Shown: one piece after another, positions 1 to 7,574 of the stretch
How the letters are laid out: the number at the start of each line of letters is the position of its first letter
How positions within the stretch are numbered: the stretch's first letter is position 1
NCBI GenBank assembly: GCA_050250895.1
Contig: JBFWNU010000001.1
Span: 2,596,891 to 2,660,890, forward strand
Source: Vulcanimicrobiota bacterium
Lineage (GTDB): Bacteria; Vulcanimicrobiota; Xenobia; Xenobiales; JADMJV01
Length of the DNA: 64,000 nucleotides
Direction: 5' to 3'
The notes under the pieces: model-generated
Told to the model about the DNA's origin: nothing
The model's input: the letters and a program-made list of their open reading frames with translations, nothing else
Database searches by the model: none
Program-made: the position numbers and the translations under genes

Positions 1-542
1 CAGAGCAGGGCCAGCCATCCGGGGTGGGTCCATTTGAGGCTGGCCAGGGCCAGCAGCAGGCCTGCTGCTCCTAGCCAGAAGGGCGAGAATTCGAGCGAGG
101 GAACGAAGAAGAGCGGATTGGCGGGCAAGGCCCAGGGGGCCGTGCGCAGCCAGCTGGGAGTGGCCATCTCCACCCCTCCCTGTAGCAGCCAACCCGTCGC
201 GATAAGAGTCAGACTGGCCCAAACCCGCGCTCTGGCCAGCAAGGCCAGGCCGGCGAACAGCAGCGGCAGCCAGTTCGAGAGCGTGTCCTGACCAAAATAG
301 TGCTGGGCGGCCCACAGATTCGAGACCAGTGCAGCCATCGCCGCCCCAGCCACCAAGGGCTCTAGCTCGACCAGCACCAGACTCAGACCCAGCAGGTGGG
401 CCATCGTCAGCCGAGCGCGCAGCCAGGGGTTGTGGGCGTGGAACAACATGACGGCGGCCAGGATACAGCCGACTAACAGCAATACCCGTCTGGTTTTGGC
501 GTCTTGGCTCAAGGCCGGCAAGAGCCAGAAGCATAGGCCCAT
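1..542 (-). CDS. Multi-pass membrane protein, 3' end outside window
   Basis: Open frame from ATG at 542 (MGLCFWLLPALSQDAKTRRVLLLVGCILAAVMLFHAHNPWL...) to the window edge; very hydrophobic; not in the ORF track because it has no stop. Confidence 0.7.
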   Translation of the reverse strand, partial: MGLCFWLLPALSQDAKTRRVLLLVGCILAAVMLFHAHNPWLRARLTMAHLLGLSLVLVELEPLVAGAAMAALVSNLWAAQHYFGQDTLSNWLPLLFAGLALLARARVWASLTLIATGWLLQGGVEMATPSWLRTAPWALPANPLFFVPSLEFSPFWLGAAGLLLALASLKWTHPGWLALL

Positions 543-575
543 AGAGTCGCTACCCTACCAGTGTTTCATGGTCTG

Positions 576-604
576 TTGACAAGAAATATTTGCAGTGGTA
601 TAGT
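576..604 (+). promoter_or_regulatory. Sigma70-type promoter for the tRNA-like RNA
   Basis: TTGACA (576-581), 17 nt spacer, TATAGT (599-604), with extended -10 TG. Confidence 0.85.
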
Positions 605-610
605 GTGGTT

Positions 611-753
611 ATCGCGCCCTCACCGGTCGACCTTACATACTAACTGACTGTTAATCAGAAGGTTGCGGGTTCGAGTCCCGTCTTCTCCGCCAACTTGGAG
701 AAGTAGCTCAATTGGTAGAGCATCGTATACCACGGTCCATCAACTTGCGCGAA
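611..753 (+). ncRNA. Circularly permuted tRNA-Asn(GTT)-like RNA (Y RNA/YrlA-like)
   Basis: Order is anticodon arm CTGA-CTGTTAA-TCAG (644-658), T arm GCGGG-TTCGAGT-CCCGT (665-681), acceptor 3' strand CTTCTCC-G-CCA (682-692), linker ACTT, acceptor 5' strand GGAGAAG (697-703), D arm GCTC-AATTGGTA-GAGC (706-721); flanks pair (TCGCGC/GCGCGA, GACC/GGTC, ATAC/GTAT). Confidence 0.85.
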
Positions 754-757
754 TCAG

Positions 758-783
758 AAGCCCGGCTGCTAGCCGGGCTTTTT
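758..783 (+). terminator. Intrinsic terminator of the tRNA-like RNA
   Basis: AAGCCCGGCT-GCT-AGCCGGGCTT followed by a T run. Confidence 0.85.
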
Positions 784-809
784 GGTTTTACCTCGTCTGG
801 TTGGTGACC

Positions 810-1193
810 AGGGCCATCACCCCGCCGGCGTCGGTCATGCAGAGGCTGCGCGAGCATCGGATCCGCCAGCTCGAGACGCGCTTGGCCTTCGCCGGCACCT
901 ACGTCGACCACGGCTTCGGTTTCACCACGCGCACCGGGGCGCCGCTCCATGAGAGCAACGTTCAGAAAGCGTTTCGGCGGGTTTGCAAGCGGGCCGTGCT
1001 AGCCCCGGTGCGACTCTACACACTCCGGCATACCTGCGCCACCCTGATGCTGCTCCGCCGGGTGCCGCCGAAAATCGTTTCGGAGTGGCTCGGCCACGCC
1101 AGCATCACGATCACGCTGGATGTCTACTCCCACGTCCTGCCCAGTATGCGGCAGGAGGCGGCGGCTGAGCTGGAGGCTACCGGCCTGTTTTAG
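810..1193 (+). pseudogene. Tyrosine recombinase/integrase, C-terminal remnant
   Basis: YTLRHTCATL...LGHASITITLDVYSHVLP (xxLRH, LGH and catalytic Tyr motifs); N-terminal domains absent. Confidence 0.85.
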
Positions 1194-1194
1194 C

Positions 1195-1257
1195 CACGTG
1201 CTGCCGACGATGCAGCGTGAAGCGGCCAACGAGCTCGAGGCAACGGGGTTGTTTTGA
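1195..1257 (+). repeat. Diverged duplicate of the integrase's last 20 codons
   Basis: HVLPTMQREAANELEATGLF* versus HVLPSMRQEAAAELEATGLF* at 1131-1193. Confidence 0.85.
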
Positions 1258-1342
1258 CGGTTGGCGTCAAAATTTCAATTTTCTCGCGATCGGGCTGTGG
1301 AAAACCGCCTTGGAACGCCCTAGATAGCGAACATTCTGACGC

Positions 1343-1371
1343 TTGCACCTTAGTTCAGTCCGTCGTATAAT
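1343..1371 (+). promoter_or_regulatory. Sigma70-type promoter of the small TM peptide
   Basis: TTGCAC-17nt-TATAAT. Confidence 0.8.
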
Positions 1372-1440
1372 ACGCCGAGCCTATTTCCCCTCTGGGGGTC
1401 CAGGACGCAAGTCCTAGCTCCCCAGTAAGGAGAACCGCAA

Positions 1441-1536
1441 ATGTGGTTCGAAATAGACCCAAAAGTGCTAGTCTGCTTGATCGGCGCCATCGTTGCGATC
1501 GTGAAGGTGGTCTGGGCGTATAAGAAGGAAGACTGA
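1441..1536 (+). CDS. 31-aa hydrophobic peptide, putative type I toxin
   Basis: MWFEIDPKVLVCLIGAIVAIVKVVWAYKKED; SD AAGGAG 8 nt upstream; own promoter; one TM helix with charged tail. Confidence 0.75.
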   Translation: MWFEIDPKVLVCLIGAIVAIVKVVWAYKKED

Positions 1537-1648
1537 GAAATCCTCAGCCTTCCACTCAACGCGGAGGCCGCAGTCTAACCTTACCGGGGGACGACTGCGG
1601 TCTCCCTCTTTGCCAGCGTGACGGTGCGTTAACTTTACCGTATACGCT
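1520..1648 (-). ncRNA. Putative convergent antisense RNA (type I antitoxin)
   Basis: Minus-strand promoter TTGACA(1683-1678)-17-TATTCT(1660-1655); minus-strand hairpin GGAAGGCTGAG/CTCAGTCTTCC (G.U pair) followed by TTCTTAT at 1553-1520. Confidence 0.6.
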
Positions 1649-1977
1649 TGCCTCAGAATAGACGAATGACTCATCCGTGTCAACAGTTGTAAAGCGTTTC
1701 TGCATATTTAAAAGCCCGCAAATATAGGCTTTGCGCCGATTTTTGACGAGTTTCTATTCTAAATCGTCGAAGGAATCATATTCTAAATCGCTATCCTGTT
1801 CCCCGCGCAACGCTAGCATCGCATCCCTAAAAGATCCAGTTGCTCTTGGGTCGTGGCTGCGGCTTGGGTGCGCCCGACGGTGGTGGGGGTGGCTTGTGAC
1901 CTCCTGCCTTCGCGCGGAGGTGGCGGTGGCGGCGCTGGGTCGCCCGATGGCTTGGGTGAGCTTGCGCTCGGCTGGGC

Positions 1978-2077
1978 CGGCCACGCCAGTACACGATCAC
2001 GCTGGATGTAATACTCTCACTTGCCCAGCATGCGGCAGGAGGCGGCGGCTGAGCTGGAGGCTACAGGCCTGTTCCGA
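1978..2077 (+). repeat. Third, indel-degraded copy of the integrase 3' end
   Basis: Near-identical to 1091-1193 (e.g. ATGCGGCAGGAGGCGGCGGCTGAGCTGGAGGCTAC). Confidence 0.85.
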
Positions 2078-2198
2078 GGCCCTACTGTGTCCTGGCTTGG
2101 TGCAAGTTAGACTTCTGTTTGCGAACGAATTTTTGCGAGGATTCTGGACTTTGTAGAGAAGCAATCTTCGACATCATTTGGACACTAGGAGAATGTCG

Positions 2199-2399
2199 AT
2201 GCAACCCTACTATTTTGACAATATGACCTTCGGCCCACGCGGCTTCAACGCAACCACGGACCAAGACAAGTACATTCAGACGCTTTGGAAAAACGTTGCA
2301 AAGCTCATAGACATCGTACCTGCGCAAGATAAGCAGATAGAATCTTTGAAGCATGAAATCGAGACCCTACGCAAAGAAATCGAGGAGTTGAAGAGGTAG
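2199..2399 (+). CDS. Small coiled-coil protein
   Basis: SD AGGAGA upstream; C-terminal heptads QIESLKHEIETLRKEIEELKR. Confidence 0.55.
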   Translation: MQPYYFDNMTFGPRGFNATTDQDKYIQTLWKNVAKLIDIVPAQDKQIESLKHEIETLRKEIEELKR

Positions 2400-2419
2400 C
2401 CACGGCCGAAAAACGCTTC

Positions 2420-2872
2420 TTAGAAGACCCAGTTCTGCTCTTTGATCATCTCCAAGCAAGTAATGGCCGTGACGCCGTGTTGACGGCACAGCACAGGTAT
2501 TTTTGGGCGATCCGCTGAGCCCCTTCGGCGCTCCTGGGTGACAACTTTAAAGCCCATCTCCTTAGCGTAGGCTACGACATGGGGATCGGCTTCGTTCTCG
2601 TGACCGACGACGAGCCCGGGATACTTGTTGATGATCTCTCGGACAATGTTCTCGACTTTGGCGTTGGTCGACATCACCATTTGGCTGTGCATGTCTACCC
2701 ACTTCTTAAGGTGATCGTCCTTTCGGCCCAACTCAATATGAACCGCCTTCACGATGTGGAAGCGCCCTTGATTCACAAGGTTCTGGACCTGGGTCCAGAA
2801 CTGGGGAAAATTCTGATGAGGATAGAGATCGTTTTCGGCGGTGATCAGTGCCGAAGCATCGACGCTATACAC
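2420..2872 (-). CDS. DUF4411-family PIN-like protein
   Basis: MYSVDASALI...FPQFW...ADPHVVAYAK...VVTQE...KIPVLC motifs; GTG start overlaps the upstream stop. Confidence 0.8.
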   Translation of the reverse strand: MYSVDASALITAENDLYPHQNFPQFWTQVQNLVNQGRFHIVKAVHIELGRKDDHLKKWVDMHSQMVMSTNAKVENIVREIINKYPGLVVGHENEADPHVVAYAKEMGFKVVTQERRRGSADRPKIPVLCRQHGVTAITCLEMIKEQNWVF

Positions 2873-4076
2873 TCCAAGCTCCCTTCTTCTCGAGCAGTTG
2901 TCGCATCTCACTGAAATGCTGGACCTTTGCCCCGAGGTACCCAGAGGCGCTCGAGAGAGTGATGGTTCTGGAGTCGAGAGCGTCGAAAACCAGTCGAGAG
3001 TAGGCGACGCCGTTGTAGGCGACTTTCCGCACGGCGTATCTCGGGCCACCTTCGCTTTCAGCAAGGTTCTGTCGGTGCTCACGGCGTTGGGCCCTATACT
3101 GGCTAACCTTGCGGCCGAATTCAGCTTGGGTCATTCGATGGTGGTCGAGCAGCCTTCTAACGATGACATCGCGACTAACGGAGAAACGATTCGCAACCGA
3201 CTTTATAACTTCGTCGGGCCAGCGATTAGCATCGTCATGGGCATTGACCTCCTCGTCCCTTTCTAGAACGCTCCAAGGCACCAGCAACTCAGCGGCAAAC
3301 GCGTTGCAATAGACCTCAATCTCTCTTTGCTCGGGGGGGAGCCTGGAGTTGTCGGTGGCTTCGGCGTGCAACCCGGACACTCTCATTAGGACGTGGCCCA
3401 ACTCGTGGGCCATCGAAAACAGACGGCCCAATGGAGGGTCTTGGGTATTCACAGCGATGGTGGGTAGAGGTGTTTCTGCAATACAGACGCCTCTAAAAAC
3501 ATCGAGGTCGATTTCAGGGATCTGAAAAACCAAGAGCCCAGCATCCTCAAGAGCCCTCGTCCATAGCGAGACCGCTTCGTATTGGCCTCTGCACTTAAGT
3601 TGGCTCTCGAGAGTTAGTCCGAGGCGGGTGCGAATTTCTCCGGTAACCCGCGGAATCTCCGCCGGACTCGAACTTATGATCTCTATGTCACCAAGAAGAA
3701 AGTCGGGTGGTTCTTCCTGCAATTCCTCGTAGAGTTCCAGTGCTGTCCGCCGTCGATTTCGGATTTCACGTAGAGCAAAACGTAACTTCGGGGGATAGTC
3801 TTGAATCACACCGGGTAACGTGCGAAAGTCCGTCACCCCAGGGTCTTCGATTGGAGGTTTTTCGAGATAAAAGAGGCCGATGGGTCGGTCGAAGACATGG
3901 GCAGCCTTGGTCAACTGATTAAAGGACGGACGAAGCTCACCAGCCTCGAACGCCCTCAGTCGTTCCGGCTTGACCCCGACCTTGGCCGAGGCCTGCTCGA
4001 TGGTATAGCCAGCCGTCTCCCTAGCCCAGGTTAAGAGGGCCGGTGTGATCAGAGCTTCCACCTTTTCTTTAGCCAC
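2865..4076 (-). CDS. XRE-HTH / ImmA-IrrE family metallopeptidase
   Basis: N-terminal HTH (LTWARETAGYTIEQAS...), HELGH zinc motif, EVYCNAFAAELLVP. Confidence 0.9.
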   Translation of the reverse strand: MAKEKVEALITPALLTWARETAGYTIEQASAKVGVKPERLRAFEAGELRPSFNQLTKAAHVFDRPIGLFYLEKPPIEDPGVTDFRTLPGVIQDYPPKLRFALREIRNRRRTALELYEELQEEPPDFLLGDIEIISSSPAEIPRVTGEIRTRLGLTLESQLKCRGQYEAVSLWTRALEDAGLLVFQIPEIDLDVFRGVCIAETPLPTIAVNTQDPPLGRLFSMAHELGHVLMRVSGLHAEATDNSRLPPEQREIEVYCNAFAAELLVPWSVLERDEEVNAHDDANRWPDEVIKSVANRFSVSRDVIVRRLLDHHRMTQAEFGRKVSQYRAQRREHRQNLAESEGGPRYAVRKVAYNGVAYSRLVFDALDSRTITLSSASGYLGAKVQHFSEMRQLLEKKGAWSV

Positions 4077-4205
4077 GTAAGATCTCCACGGTACAACATG
4101 CGCTGCGGAATCGGGCTCTTCCTGTACCTCGGGAGAAGTGCCCCTATTCCATATTTATCCACAAGCTTGTGAATATCCATTGGTATTTTTCTACTAACTT
4201 CCAGC

Positions 4206-4946
4206 TTAGATCATTTCTTCATCGGGCAGGTCGACTTCGGCTACCCGAAGGAGTAAGTCGCCCAGTGAGGTGATTCTATAACCGTTCAGTTCCGGTCTGC
4301 CCTCGGAATCATAAACCGGTGTCTTCGTTTTTGGGTTGACCTTGTATTTCGGCTTGAGCAGCCCCAGTCGGGCCAAGTGTGCTCTGTAGCTATCGTCAAG
4401 CGCAACGGCATTCGCCCTCTCCTCGTCCATCGGATTTGATTTGGACGGAGGAGTGATGACCGAGCCATGGCGCCGCCTGAACTCGTGGTCCGTTGATAGC
4501 GCTGGCTGGTAGTATGACCGAAGAATGAGAAGCTCGATGTCGTTAATGTCACCGAGTATCTTCAAGAGATGCTTCGCTTGTATATGCGAGACCTGAGTGG
4601 ATGTTAGACTGCTTGCGACAACGGTCGCAATTTGGTCTATTCGACGCTTCCTAGTGGCTCTCGCCGCCTGAACGGCCCCTTCTTCGACAACATCAAGAAA
4701 CTCGGCGTCGTCCCAACAGGCGTCCTCGCTTGCCTGTTCGACTCGCTGGAGCCGAGCCTCCAATGCTTTGACGAAGCTCTCCACTCTATCTAGCCGTTGG
4801 CCTGGGATAGCGCCTATTGCCTCGGCGATGGCGCCGCCAACAAAGGGAACGAAGCTCGCCCCGGCTTTGAGCCCAGTGATGACTTTGTCGGTCCACAGCG
4901 AACCGATTTTGTCGCTGCTGATCTCTATGAGGCGGTCATCGCTCAT
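4206..4946 (-). CDS. Hypothetical island protein (possibly Abi-alpha/DUF4393-like)
   Basis: 246-aa ORF; VPFVGGAIAEAI N-terminal helix and winged-helix-like C-terminus (HLARLGLL...YRITSLG). Confidence 0.65.
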   Translation of the reverse strand: MSDDRLIEISSDKIGSLWTDKVITGLKAGASFVPFVGGAIAEAIGAIPGQRLDRVESFVKALEARLQRVEQASEDACWDDAEFLDVVEEGAVQAARATRKRRIDQIATVVASSLTSTQVSHIQAKHLLKILGDINDIELLILRSYYQPALSTDHEFRRRHGSVITPPSKSNPMDEERANAVALDDSYRAHLARLGLLKPKYKVNPKTKTPVYDSEGRPELNGYRITSLGDLLLRVAEVDLPDEEMI

Positions 4947-5118
4947 GCTACCTTACCCCCCTGACTTTGAATGGATCTCCGCGGCGGGTCCGGTAGCGGG
5001 GCTTGAGCCCCGGCGGCGGCCGCCAACCCTCAACAATGACCAGCTTGCCCTTCCAGAACGGCGAATCCCCAGGCGCGCGCAGTTGGCCGCTTGGGCTCGC
5101 CAGGGATGCAGGCGGGCA

Positions 5119-5652
5119 TCACAGCCGGTTCGAAATCGTGACGACCCCATAGGGTGCTCTGGTACTTTGCCAGCCGATCTGGTGAGCATCCGACTGAACG
5201 GAAACGATCAGGCTCCCTTCCTCCGACTGTTTCTGGAAACTGCAGCTGAAGACGCTTTTCGCATCCATGGTAAAGTTGTCGGGGATAGTCCCTGACACCG
5301 ATTTCTGACCGTTTACATCCCCATAGGAACCTTGGAATGGTGTCCCCGCGTCGCCAGAGACCTGAATGTTGATCTGGTGTGCTCCGAAGGACCCGAAGCT
5401 AGGCAAGCCGATTCCTGCGCCGGCCCACTTTATTCCGAGCCAGGCGAAGATGACCAATGCAAAGACTGCGATTCCGGCGGCCGCCTTCTTCTCCGTATCC
5501 GGATCCATCTTGACGCCGTGATGCTTGGTGAGGGCGTTCTCTACAACCGGTTGTGGCTTGGCGTCCGGTCGCTCCGCTAGCATCTCCCCGCAATGCTTAC
5601 ACTTGATGGCTTCGTCCTGGATCTCTTCGGCACAAAATGGGCACTTCTTCAT
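5119..5652 (-). CDS. Zinc-ribbon membrane protein
   Basis: MKKCPFCAEEIQDEAIKCKHCGE, TM helix, beta-rich exported domain; own SD-like GGGGAAG. Confidence 0.75.
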   Translation of the reverse strand: MKKCPFCAEEIQDEAIKCKHCGEMLAERPDAKPQPVVENALTKHHGVKMDPDTEKKAAAGIAVFALVIFAWLGIKWAGAGIGLPSFGSFGAHQINIQVSGDAGTPFQGSYGDVNGQKSVSGTIPDNFTMDAKSVFSCSFQKQSEEGSLIVSVQSDAHQIGWQSTRAPYGVVTISNRL

Positions 5653-5659
5653 AACTTCC

Positions 5660-6372
5660 CCCGGTCTAGCTCCCCCGCCCCGCCCGGCATAGCCGGCCGA
5701 AACCAGCACCACCAGGTCGTCGCCGGCCAGGGTCAGGCGATCCGAGTTGGAGAAGTAGTCGCGAGTCTCACGCAGCATCCGGGCCTCGAGCGCCTCGTAG
5801 GCCCGGCCCAGACTGACGGTGCGGCCCTCCTCTTGCGACACCCACAGCAGGCAACCGGGACAGCCGGCGTTGTAGGTCACCACCGAGGAGCGGGCCGGTT
5901 CGAATAACAAAATGGCCGTTTCGACCCGTTCACGAAAGCCCTGGCGGACCAGGTGTTCGAGTAACAGATAGGCGGCCAGGCCCGGGTCCGAGTCTTCTTG
6001 AAGCGAGGTCGTCAGCACGGCGAAGGCATCATCCGAGGGTCGGGCCAGGCTCTGGCCGTCGGCGTCGACCAGGCGAAGATAGGCCAGAGCGAAGCGACCC
6101 TGGCCAAGGTCGAGGGGGCGAAACCATTCCGGCCCAGCCCCGGGCACCACCTGATCGAGCAACGACAGTTCGAAGCGACCGGTAACCACCTGGCTGAGTT
6201 CTGCCGGTAGCGGACTCTGGATCTCTTCGCCGGACCTTCCCGGCGAGGTCTGGCGCACCGAAAAGCGCTGCACCAGCAGCACCGACCCGCAGTAGCTGCA
6301 GGTCACCTGTTGAGCGTCGCCCGGGTTGATGGGCGCGCCGCAACCCGGGCAATAGAGAGCGTGGAGCCTCAT
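5660..6372 (-). CDS. Zinc ribbon + degenerate SpoIIE/PP2C-like protein, probably truncated and fused in frame to the island gene
   Basis: CPGC...CSYC, YNAGC, LAGDDLVVLVSAGY; no stop before the next gene. Confidence 0.55.
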
Positions 6373-6446
6373 TCCCGGGCGTTCCCCGCCCGGGGCGGTG
6401 GTTCCTCGAAGGCAGGATCCCTCGCACCGGTCGACAACTGGGCCGC

Positions 6447-7013
6447 ATGGCTCGAATGCAAGGCCTCACTCGAGGCGGCGGTCTGTTGGCCCGAATCAGC
6501 TTTCTTTTCACTCACTGGCGCATGGGCAAAGTGGTCACGCCCTTGCGAATTCATGCTCTCTCCACCGGTGTGTTGTGGGGCATGACCCAAATGCAGACCG
6601 GCCAGGAATTGGCCAGCAAGCTGTCGCGGCGCCTCAAGTTGTTGGCTCAGCTGCGGGTGGCCTGGCTGGTCGGCTGCCCGTTTTGAAGTGACACGGCCTC
6701 TGCCGGCGGCAGAGAACACGGGCTCACGGCCGAGCAAATCCTGGCCGTGCCGGATTATGGCGAAAGCGAACTCTTCGATGAACTCGACAAGCTGGTGCTG
6801 GCCTATGCCGACGGGCTCACCACCACGCCGGCCCGGGTCGACGACGCGCTCTATGCCGACCTCGCTAAGAAACTCGGCAACGAGCAAATGGTTGAATTGA
6901 CATCGGCCATCGCCTGGAAAAATTATCTAGCTCGATTCAATTGCGGCTTTGCCGTCGAGGCCGAGGGGATGAGCGAAGCCGGCTTCTGTCTGCTGCCGGA
7001 TCAGGCCAATTAG
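6447..7013 (+). CDS. CMD/AhpD-family selenoprotein (CPF-Sec)
   Basis: ORFs 6447-6686 and 6747-7013 are in the same frame; TGA at 6684 falls in GCPF*; SECIS-like hairpin 6698-6714; CMD-like C-terminus ELTSAIAWKNYLARFN. Confidence 0.8.
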
Positions 7014-7050
7014 GGGTTGTTCTCGGCCGGGCATGAGGGTATAACAAAGT

Positions 7051-7461
7051 ATGCTGCAGTGGGCCCACCACATTCAGGAACACTACGGCGTAGAGCCCTT
7101 CACCTTTATCGCGCTCTACGTCTTTTTTCACGTGGTGGCGTTCTATGGGTGCCTGGCTCTGGCCCTGTTGCGTTTCAAAGCCGGCCGCAAATTGGCTGCC
7201 GGAGTATGCGTGGCCGGAGCCATCGTGAGCTACTTCGTTCCTTACGGCTATCTGGCCATGCTCGGGCATGACATGCCCCGGGCGGCCTGGATCGGGTTGT
7301 TGTTGGTGTTGGTGCTCTCGAGCGCATTTTTGCTCAGCAAGTTGCGCACCTTCGCTCGTAAGGCCGTGGCTGCGCCCAAACTCGCCAGGTCGCGCACCAG
7401 CACTACCCGTGCTCGCTCGGCCCAGCCGCCCCAGGCCTACGAACGAAGCGTCGGTCTGTGA
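7051..7461 (+). CDS. Membrane protein
   Basis: Three hydrophobic helices. Confidence 0.65.
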   Translation: MLQWAHHIQEHYGVEPFTFIALYVFFHVVAFYGCLALALLRFKAGRKLAAGVCVAGAIVSYFVPYGYLAMLGHDMPRAAWIGLLLVLVLSSAFLLSKLRTFARKAVAAPKLARSRTSTTRARSAQPPQAYERSVGL

Positions 7462-7574
7462 CGTGAAATTAAAACTCTCTTAACAATTTTCAGGTTTCTT
7501 TAACACTTTTCGCCTCTGTCTCGCCCTCGATGGCCTATAAGATAGGCCCATCGTAGCGAAGAAACGGAGCACCC

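Larger units (their letters stand above)
810..5665. mobile_element. Decayed integrative island (integrase remnants, TA/defence-like cargo)
   Basis: Integrase fragments at the left end, visibly lower GC and atypical codon use, right end coincides with truncation of a host-like gene; boundaries approximate. Confidence 0.65.

Noticed and set aside
611-753. Two-piece (permuted) tmRNA or ordinary tRNA gene
   Set aside because: No G3.U70 Ala acceptor or tag ORF, and it is too short for tmRNA; the halves are in reversed order so it is not a canonical tRNA. The flanking helix does not form a canonical bulge-helix-bulge.
663-809. N-terminal part of the 176-aa ORF as real integrase sequence
   Set aside because: It reads through the structured RNA and its terminator; integrase similarity starts only at ~810
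1755-1790. Direct repeat TATTCTAAATCG x2 as CRISPR or iteron
   Set aside because: Only two 12-bp copies, no spacers or cas genes; may be a coding remnant
6684-6686. Nonsense mutation/pseudogene in the CMD gene
   Set aside because: The stop sits exactly at the CxxC position with a SECIS-like hairpin; selenocysteine is the better explanation
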